Made by a program: the position numbers and the translations under genes. Below are positions 1 through 6,813 of a stretch of DNA of 6,813 nt, in pieces. Within the stretch, counting starts at the first letter, position 1. Every line of letters begins with the position of its first letter. Origin of the DNA: Paraspadella gotoi (lineage: Eukaryota > Animalia > Chaetognatha); the NCBI GenBank assembly GCA_051294375.1, contig JBJCIZ010000645.1:1-6813 (forward strand), written 5' to 3'. Under the pieces are notes generated by a model. The model searched no databases, was not told the DNA's origin, and saw only the letters and a program-made list of their open reading frames with translations.

Positions 1-232
1 ACGAAAGAAGAGAGATAGTTCATCCATCGAGTGTGAATTCGCAAGGCATTACGGCTATCTAGGCGGTGTTGTTCGTCAATTTGTGTTTTTAAATTCTTTT
101 CGTGTAGACGTTGTAGCTTGGCACGATTTTTCTTTTTCTTCTTCGTTTCGGTTCGTGTGGAACCGCTGCAGGAGAAAGAGAAGGGACGCAATCGCCGGAA
201 GATCGCCTCTTCGCCCCAATCGGTGTGGCCAT
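1..232 (-). CDS. Possible additional ORF downstream of pol (5' part only, runs off the window)
   Basis: ATG at 232 in context CAAATCATGG just after an A31 tract. That frame gives MATPIGAKRR..PKRRRKRKIV.. and stops at 89, while the -1 frame is open from 287 to the window end (..KKKKKNRAKLQRLHEKNLKTQIDEQHRLDSRNALRIHTRWMNYLSSF). The segment looks more GC-rich than the flanking spacer. Confidence 0.4.
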
Positions 233-240
233 GATTTGAG

Positions 241-244
<4 letters not shown>

Positions 245-276
<32 letters not shown>

Positions 277-376
277 AAAGAAAACAACTAATTCTACAAA
301 ATCTGTTAAGAAAAGAGTATCGAAAAAAAAGGAGCAAAGCGACACAGGAGAAAAATATTTTTTTTTTTTTTTTTTT
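245..376. repeat. Two poly(T) tracts (T31 at 245-275, T19 at 358-376; poly-A on the element strand) in the post-pol spacer
   Basis: Directly visible; both are followed by GAAAG on the plus strand. Confidence 0.95.
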
Positions 377-397
377 GAAAGTGGGGAAAAAATATCT

Positions 398-3300
398 TTA
401 TTTGTCTGGTGTACTGGTTTGGGCTTCATCATTAGCACAAAAGGAACTGATAGAGATTGTACGACTACTGTCTTTTAACATAGAAAAACCAGCATAATTG
501 GAAAGGGATGTGGCACTAGAAGGGCCAGCAATCGCATCATTATCTTTCTCTAAAGAATTGCTTAAGTCTCGTTCTAATTCAAAACCATCATTGTCTTGTT
601 TTATTTCATCACTTAATTTTCTGAAGATAGTTTGTATTTTTGGTGAAGTATTTTCAGATCTATGACGTTTCAAAGTAAATGAAGTGTCATCAGCTTTTGG
701 CTTTCTTTTACGAAAGTTATAGGAATCAAGTGATACAGAAGGATTTATTATTTTAGATCTAACATTTTTATCTTTTGAGGTTTGTTTATTAGGTTTATCT
801 TTTAATGTACGTTTACCTTCGACCGTGGATATAACAGGATTCTCCGGTAAGAGTATCTCAGGATCTGGTACTACAACATTTTGAGGTTGATTGGGAGAAA
901 TTGAAGGCTGTGACCGGAGTGATTCGTTTTGCGGAGAAAGAGAATGAGTAGGAGTTTGAAAAGGTGAATGAGGAGGAGAATTTTCTGGCGAGGAGAGTGG
1001 TTGATGTTCAGTAGAAGGATCAAAGCAGAGAGCAGCATATAAAAGTGCTTTATCTTTTGATCTGGTTAGCATGGAGTGTGTTGGGGATGATGATTTTAAT
1101 TGGGTAGGCTTTTTTAAAATGGTGGGTTTAGGCATGGAAGGTAAAATAGGTAAANNNNNNNNNNGTAAACGGTTATCCGGGATGGTAAATGGTTTAAGTT
1201 GGTTATGATGTTTGGTATTCGTCTTTCCTTGTTGATTCTTGCAGCTGTAATTGACAATAGGATTTCCATCAGACCTGTGTTTGAGATCCGTAATTATGGA
1301 TGGACCATCCCAGTTTGGTGTCAATTTCTCATGAATATTTCGAGGTTGATATTCCCAGACTCTGTCTCCTTGTTGATATGGTTGGAATTTTAATTTTTTG
1401 TCGTAATAAAGTTTTTGCTTTTCTTTAGCTGATCTTTATTTCTGTGTTATTTCTTTAAGTTTGATATTAAATGATGATTAATGTTCTCAATGTATTGTTT
1501 CACAGATGTTTTGGGGTTCTGTGAAGGCAAAATTTTATTTAAGGGAATATTTGGTTCATAGCCATGACACATGAAAAATGGGGTTTGTTTTGTGGTGCTA
1601 TGAGGGGTGGTGTTTAAGGCATATTGCAACAAAGGGATTGTGTGGCCATTGTTTATCATTATGAAAAAGCCTTTTTGTAAGTTCTGCAATAATAGAGCGA
1701 TTCAATCTTTCCGTAGCTCCTTGGGACTGAGGATGGTAAGATGTGGAGTGGGACTTGGTAATACTGAGAAATTTGCAAAGAACTTGCATGATCTCATTTT
1801 CAAATTCGCCTCCACAATCTGTGGAAAAAGATTCCGGTGGGCCATGCCTAGTATGAAGTCTTGAAAGTGTTAGCAATTTCCTGTGCAGTTTTAGTTTTTG
1901 TGGCATATAATTCTGTCCATTTGGTAAAGAGGTCTGTTATGACCAAGACATATTGAAAACCTTTGTGGGAGAGCGGGAGTTTGAGTAAGTCAGCTGTTAT
2001 TTGTTGCATAGGTCTCACGACCTCAATAGTATATAAGGGTGCTTTGATAGGTGGGTTTGGCTCTCTAAGACATTGGCACTGGTAACAGTTTTGAACGAAT
2101 TGTTCAATATCTGTCCAAAATTTTGGCCAAATGGCATACTTGGAGATGGTCTGAGCCCATTTTTTCTTTGCCTGGATGTCCTGTGAGGGAGTTTCCGTGT
2201 GTTTGCTTAAGAACTTCTTCAACTAAGGTTGGAGGAATAATTGTCTGTAAGACCAGGTGAGGGAAATCTTGAAGTTTCTTCACACGGTAAAGTATATTAT
2301 CCTTTAGTTGCAAGGATGAATATTGCTTTTGTAGCCATTTACAATTTATTGTATCAGAATGTGGTTTTTGTTATTGTGTAGGGTTTTTTGTTCAATGACT
2401 GCTAAGATGTCAGGGTCATTTCTTTGGTGTTGGATGATGTTTTTAATTGAGTCTTCCTCAGAAAGAAGATTAACAAGATTGTAATCCTTTGCACTAGTAG
2501 ATCCTAGGCAGAACATGTCAGAAGAATTGAATGGAGAATTTTGTTTCTGTTCTATGTCATCCAAGAGTTCAGACATGGCAGCAAATTGTTCAATTAGTGT
2601 TTCTTGTTTTTCCCCTTCTGGTTCATGAGGACGGCGTGACATAGCGTCCGCGTCACCAATGTTCTTACCAGGGCTATGTATTAATGTAAATTCGAAGGTG
2701 TTTAAGAAGATAGCCCAACGAGAGCGTCTTCCATTAGGATCTTTATTGAGATCTTGTTTGTTCCAAGCAAGCAACGGCTTGTGGTCTGTTATTGCAGTGA
2801 AATGTTTATTAGCAAGGTAATGGCGATAGGCTTCATCCAATTATAAAGAGAGAAAAATTCTCTATCAAAGGTGGACCAGTTTTGCTGTCTTTCTGAAAGT
2901 TTCTTGAATCGTAGCAAATGACTTTTTCCTTGTCATGTTTTTGTAACAGAACCATTCCAATGGCTTCAAGGCTAGATCTGTTCTGATTATGAATTCTTTG
3001 TTAAAATCAGGAAAGGCCACGATTGAATCAGATGTGAGAGCATGTATGAGTTGTTGAAAACTTTTTTCACAGTTTTCATTCCATTTGAAAGGTATGTCTT
3101 TCTTAGTGAGGTCTGTAAGTGGAGCAGCTATTTTGGAGAAGTCTTTAATGAAGTGACGGTAGAAAGAGGCTAAACCAAGGATACCACGAGTTTCTTTGAC
3201 ATTTTTGGGAGTGGGCCAAGATTTTATTTTCTCTAGATTTCTGGGGTCAGGAGACATTCCATCCCCAGAGAGAAGGAAACCGAGACTGACGACTTTGCTG

Positions 3301-4897
3301 CGACAGAAAAAGGATTTTTGAGGGTGTAGCCTAAGGTTAGCATTTTCTAGTGCGAACAGTGCTTTGTCCAACATCTTTGAGGTGGGTGCGATAGTCAGGA
3401 GAAGCAATAAGAATGTCGTCTAGAAATGTGAGTAAGTGTTGAGGAGGGAAATCTTTGAATATTAGTTGCATAAGAGCGTTCATTGTTGAGGTGAATTGAT
3501 TTCACCCATTGGGCAATCTGGCACATTTCCCAATGTCTGGTAGGTGTGCTGAAGGCATAATATTTTCGATGCGATTTGGCAATTGGGATTTGATAGAAAC
3601 CTTTTAAGAGATCCATTTGGGAAAAGATTTTCCCTTGGATGGCTTGTAAACTGTCAGAGATGTGTTTCATTGGATAATGAAATTTCTCGGATTGAGCGTT
3701 CAACTTTCTTAAGTCAATGACAAATCTGTCTTTTCCATCCTTTTTGGGAACCAATAGGAGAGGAAAATTATAAGGACTTTCAGATGGTTGGATGATTCCA
3801 TCACGATGCATCTCATCAACTTTCTTCTCAATCCTTAGGGCCATTTCGGGAGTACAACGAAATTGAGGAGTTTTGATGGGTGGTCCTGGCTTTAGTTTGC
3901 AATAGTGTTTGGTGAGTGTTGTTTTGCCTAAGTCTTTATCGTTCCAGGCAAATGCTTTTGAGTGTTTAACTTTTAATAAAGTTTCCAACTCTTGAGGGTC
4001 TTCTCCCTCTGGTATTTCTGCTTTGCTGAGATCAAGGGTGAATTGGTTTTGTGTTTTGGTTTCATCTTTGGTTTCAGAGGTGGCATGTGCTGCCAGAAAG
4101 GAAATATTTTCCACGGAGGAAAAGTAACAGAAATTATCAGACTCAAAGTCTTCTAGAAAGTGAAAGGGTGATAGATAGGTGTCTTGATTGATCACAACTG
4201 GAACAGGGAAGGTATTGAAAACTTCTACATGTGCGATGCCATCTTGAANNNNNNNNNNNNNNNCGCCAACAAGGATGCCTTGAACAGGAGAGTGGTTTAA
4301 AGGATCAGAAATAATAGTTGATTTTGTATTGCATTGTAAAAGGCGAGGTTGCATATGAATAACAGATTTAATTGGCATACGAGTATGAGGTGGAACAACA
4401 ACTGTTTCAAATGAGGATAAGTGAGGAGGAATATCGATAAAAGGGTTTTTGAGAAAAGAAATTTTGGTATCTTTAATGTGTAACTCATTATGTTCCAAGT
4501 CAATGACAGCTTTATGGTGACAAAGGAAATCCCATCCTATAACAATAGGTTTAACAAGGCCTCTCATAACTCTAGCATTTACTGAAAATCTTAAATTATT
4601 TATTGAAAATTTTAATTGAATGATTCCTATGGTAACGATATTTGAACCATCAATGGAGTGTCCAACATTGGTTTGAGGTTGGAAAGGAGCATGCTGCAGA
4701 TGCGGAGTTCTTTGTATGAATGCTTCTGCTATGCATGTTGTAGAACATCCAGTGTCAATGAGGGTCAAAATAGATTCATTCTCTACATTGACATATATTT
4801 CTGAAATAACATCAGGTTTATCCAAGGCTTTGAGAGGAGCCGAGTTACTATTTCCGACTATATCGCGGCTCGCCGTATGGTCGGGTTCTAGAAATCC
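398..4897 (-). CDS. pol: Pol polyprotein (PR-RT-RNaseH-IN), interrupted by multiple small indels in this sequence
   Basis: ORF-track fragments 3395..4825, 2865..3407, 2346..2840, 2104..2313, 1848..2222, 1598..1906, 1447..1689 and 398..1324 are consecutive colinear pieces of one Gypsy Pol. The pol frame is open upstream of 4825 back through the gag stop (..RGFLEPDHTASRDIVGNSNSAPLKALDKP..). Confidence 0.93.
1155..1164. other. Assembly gap (10 N)
   Basis: N run; frame continuity across it is not guaranteed. Confidence 0.99.
1188..2243 (-). other. Integrase: HHCC zinc finger, D,D(35)E core, GPY/F-like and SH3-like C-terminal module
   Basis: H(2199)GNSLTGH(2178)PG and C(2087)YQC(2078); catalytic D in ITAD (1991), D in STD (1819), E in ATER (1711), with 35 codons between the last two; NTTPHSTTKQTPFF; KQKLYYDK..GDRVW..KLTPNWDGPS..HHNQLKPF. 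Confidence 0.95.
2630..3000 (-). other. RNase H domain
   Basis: Stitched frames give FIIRTD(A)SLEAIGMVLLQ..VICYDSR(K)LSERQQNWSTFDREFFSL..YRHYL..FTAITDHKPL..RWAIFL..GKNIGDADAMSRRP. All four acidic catalytic positions (TDAS, DRE, TDH, DAMSR) are recognisable. Confidence 0.92.
3250..3937 (-). other. Reverse transcriptase domain
   Basis: DLGKT..PPIKTPQFR..GIIQPSESPYNFPLLLVPKKDGKDRFVIDLRKLN..FSQMDLLKGFYQI..AFSTPTRHWEM. After indels at ~3520-3490 another frame reads MNALMQLIFKDFPPQHLLTFLDDILIAS (catalytic FLDD at 3426-3415), followed by LRLHPQKSFF..SLGF. Confidence 0.95.
4249..4263. other. Assembly gap (15 N)
   Basis: N run; the pol frame appears preserved across it. Confidence 0.99.
4450..4810 (-). 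other. Retropepsin-like aspartic protease domain
   Basis: LIDTGCS active site (DTG codons 4756-4748) and downstream IVIGWDFL (the ILG-x-DFL motif). Confidence 0.93.
4837..4897 (-). promoter_or_regulatory. Candidate -1 programmed ribosomal frameshift signal (G_GAU_UUC heptamer plus downstream pseudoknot)
   Basis: Heptamer 4897-4891 sits immediately before the gag UAG and pol is in the -1 frame. A 6-nt spacer leads to stem 1 (CCGAC-c-AUA 4884-4876 / UAU-a-GUCGG 4862-4854) and stem 2 (GAGCCG 4871-4866 / CGGCUC 4842-4837). Confidence 0.65.
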
Positions 4898-6178
4898 TCT
4901 TGCTGGGATTTTGNNNNNNNNNNAGAGTCTCTGCGACGACCTCTTTGAGGAGAGGAGCTTTTATCGTAAGCAAAGCGATCTCTGGAATTCCTGTTTGCAT
5001 AAGTTGTGGGACTGTTTTGTGGCTTGGAATCTCTTGGATATCTGTCAGAACTGTTGTCTCTTCTGTGAGAACTTCTATCATCGAAGTCAAGTTTGCCAAT
5101 GAATTGAGGGCTGTCCCTACCATCTCGATAATTGGAGTAATCTCTCCTGGGGTAGGCTTGTCTTGGGCTGTTTGTGCCTCCCCAACTATTGTTTCTTGGA
5201 TCTCGCGGACTCTGTCTGTATCTGTCCCTAGGACTGCGATAGTTTGAGTTTCTATAATCTCTGTTGTAATCTCTGTTGTAATCCCTGTTGTAATCCCTGT
5301 TGGAGTCTCTGCCATATTCTCTTGACGAATCGCGTCTGTAATTATCGCGGAAGCGGCTGTCCTGACGTCTTCTGTCATCTCTATATCTGTCATAGCTGGG
5401 AGAGCGAAATCTTTCGTCTCTCCTTTTTCTTTCCATCTTGATTTCTTCAACCAAAGCATTGATATTGGCATTGGTTTCTTTTTGCAGTTCTATATTTTGT
5501 TTTTGAGTTAGATCCATATCTGAGATTTTGTTTGTAATGGCTTCCATATCTGAATCTCTCATGGCAGCGCCAGTGAAAGAAACCCTTTGTGGACCGGTTA
5601 AGCTGGTCCAAGCGGCAGCCAAAGGTGGCTTTCCTTCAGATTTGAGCAGCATTTCTTGCCATTTTTCAGCTCTTTCACGAGCTTTTGTTATGTTGTATGT
5701 GCGAGGTGCCAGACCAACATCAACAAATGTTTGGTAATCTTGAGGCAAACCTGCAATGAATCTTTTATGTATTTCTTGGTTAAAGAGTTCAGGATTAGCA
5801 GCAACCAAAGGGTGTAAGGAGCGCGTATCTGTGATGACCTGATTCTCAAAGACGTGGAGCGGGAGTTCACCATCCCATTTGAGAGCTTCAATGTTATCTT
5901 GAAATTTTTGTTTTTTGAAAGGATCAGAAAGTTTCTCAATGAGTTCAGCTTTGAGAGCTGTCCAATTGGTTTTGTTCAGAGAACCTTCATATATTTTAGA
6001 CCAAGGTCATCTAATTTGGTTGGAAGGTATTTAAGATAGGCATTATTTTTGGTGTGTTATTTGCGTCATCAGGGAGTGCAGCAATGACTGAAAGAACATA
6101 TTTTGTAAGCCATGTTTCAATGTCTTGTTTATCATTGTAAGAGAAAGGTTTAATGTCGATTTTACGGAAGGAATCCAT
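4888..6178 (-). CDS. gag: Gag polyprotein (capsid-like domain, coiled coil, Arg/Asp-rich C-terminus); two apparent 1-nt frameshifts near 6045 and 5995
   Basis: Manual translation from ATG 6178: MDSFRKIDIKPFSYNDKQDIETWLTKYVLSVIAALPDDAN.. / ..NAYLKYLPTKLDDLGLK / IYEGSLNKTNWTALKAELIEKLSDPFKKQKFQDNIEALKWDGELPLHVFENQVITDTRSLHPL, continuing into ORF 4888..5808 (..KRFIAGLP..). W-x-x-LK-x-EL and F-I-x-GL are typical retrotransposon Gag capsid motifs. Lies directly upstream of protease and ends QQEDF*. Confidence 0.85.
4914..4923. other. Assembly gap (10 N)
   Basis: N run just upstream of the gag stop; affects certainty of the gag/pol frame relationship. Confidence 0.99.
5255..5302 (-). repeat. 12-bp tandem repeat x4 inside gag encoding (NRDY)4
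   Basis: Plus strand TAATCTCTGTTG x2 then TAATCCCTGTTG x2. Confidence 0.95.
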
Positions 6179-6512
6179 GTTTAAGAGATTTTAAAAGTTT
6201 AAATTATGTATAAAAAGAATTTGAATGAAAGGATTTTATTGACTGAATAAAACTGCCAAATCCCAGAGGTGACTTGAATATTTAGTAGGGTAATGATAGA
6301 CTGAACTAGCAGTCAAGAACCCTATGACATGAGAAAGAGAGAAAGATAACGCCAGTAGAACAATAGGTGGCCAGAAACCACAGTCCTAACAAGCGTATCT
6401 AATGAAAAGAAAGAGAGAAGCAAAGATTTTAATTAATGAAGAATAATACCATAGATTAAACAGTAAATGTAGAGAAGAAGTTGAAAGGGTTATGAAAGAA
6501 ATAGAAAAGAAA

Positions 6513-6526
6513 TTTTTTTTTTTTTT
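6513..6526. repeat. Poly(T)14 tract (poly-A on the element strand) in the 5' leader
   Basis: Directly visible; followed by GAAC on the plus strand. Confidence 0.9.
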
Positions 6527-6606
6527 GAACAGGTAAGGTCCGAGACGCAATTAAGCAGTATAAATGTGGCGGTATGATTAAGCAATAAGTATGGAATGAG
6601 TAACAT

Positions 6607-6700
6607 GCGGTGAAGCAAACAATGGGTTATCAAAGATAACAGTTTACTTATGTTAATGGATAATGATATGAGGTGAGCAATGAGTTATCATTGATAATAG
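6607..6700. repeat. Imperfect direct repeat (two copies), each containing an inverted pair of GATA motifs
   Basis: GCGGTGAAGCAAACAATGGGTTATCAAAGATAACAG (6607-6642) versus GAGGTGAGCAATGAGTTATCATTGATAATAG (6670-6700). Confidence 0.7.
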
Positions 6701-6813
6701 CCCACAAGGATCCTAAGATTCTATTACCGGAAAAGTGTGGATGGTCTCCCAAAGGGATAGCCACACACAGAAAAAATTTATTTTAAAATGCGATATTGTT
6801 TAACTCAATGCTT

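Larger units (their letters stand above)
398..6178 (-). mobile_element. Ty3/Gypsy (Metaviridae) LTR retrotransposon, internal coding region (LTRs not in window)
   Basis: Minus-strand gag followed by PR-RT-RNaseH-IN; integrase after RNase H plus the RT and integrase motifs indicate Ty3/Gypsy rather than Ty1/Copia. Gypsy-type RT motifs (PSESPYNFPLLLVPKKDG, RFVIDLRKLN, MDLLKGFYQI) and integrase motifs (TDLFTKW, STSYHPQSQGATERLN). Confidence 0.97.
6179..6813 (-). other. AT-rich non-coding 5' leader (probable 5' UTR) of the retrotransposon
   Basis: No ORF of 60 aa or more in the track; lies upstream of the gag ATG; no match to the other end of the window, so no LTR can be assigned. Confidence 0.55.

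Noticed and set aside
245-376. Poly-A tails of a non-LTR or SINE insertion
   Set aside because: No target-site duplication or SINE/LINE body is recognisable next to the tracts.
1-400. 3' LTR or polypurine tract after pol
   Set aside because: No direct repeat with 6179-6813 and no clear PPT followed by TG; LTRs probably lie outside the window.
76-438. Poly-Lys and poly-Phe ORFs (76..438 -, 83..277 +, 5' part of 89..337 -)
   Set aside because: They read through poly-A/T tracts; only the part from the ATG at 232 onward is considered plausible coding sequence.
1199-1864. Plus-strand ORFs 1199..1393 and 1607..1864
   Set aside because: Short antisense shadows of integrase with no independent features.
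3250-3937. Prokaryotic RT system (retron, DGR, group II intron, CRISPR-RT)
   Set aside because: RT motifs and the flanking protease, RNase H and integrase are LTR-retroelement type; no CRISPR array or template/variable repeat pair is seen.
4848-5471. 207-aa Thr/Ile/Glu-rich ORF overlapping gag in another minus-strand frame
   Set aside because: Explained as a shifted reading of the repetitive RD/NRDY codons, which lack stops in that frame; no recognisable domain.
4716-6039. Plus-strand ORFs antisense to gag and protease (4716..5102, 4900..5247, 5244..5441, 5528..5737, 5854..6039), including a Cys-rich NLCC repeat peptide
   Set aside because: Short antisense shadows of coding and repeat sequence; the Cys repeat is simply the reverse complement of the 12-bp NRDY repeat.
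6340-6382. TGG-starting strings on the minus strand (TGGCGTTATC.., TGGTTTCTGG..) as possible primer-binding sites
   Set aside because: Not preceded by an LTR-terminal CA and I cannot match them to a tRNA 3' end; a tRNA database search would be needed.

Overview
The window is the internal region of a eukaryotic Ty3/Gypsy (Metaviridae) LTR retrotransposon on the minus strand. It reads 5' leader (~6813-6179), gag (ATG at 6178 to TAG at 4888), then pol in the order protease (DTG), reverse transcriptase (FLDD), RNase H, integrase (HHCC, D,D35E, GPY/F-like), ending at 398. The ORF track is fragmented because about a dozen small indels, many in homopolymers, break gag and pol. Stitching frames by hand recovers all catalytic motifs and I saw no nonsense codons in the motif regions I reconstructed, so this may be a near-intact element in an error-prone assembly (three N gaps are also present). 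Neither LTR, PBS nor PPT is identifiable, so the element probably extends beyond both ends. Notable points: a candidate -1 frameshift cassette (G_GAU_UUC plus a predicted H-type pseudoknot) at the gag/pol junction, a Gag with no zinc knuckle but a long Arg/Asp mixed-charge domain, a ~260-aa disordered integrase tail with motifs resembling nucleosome acidic-patch binders, a possible non-env extra ORF downstream of pol, and duplicated palindromic GATA sites in the leader.
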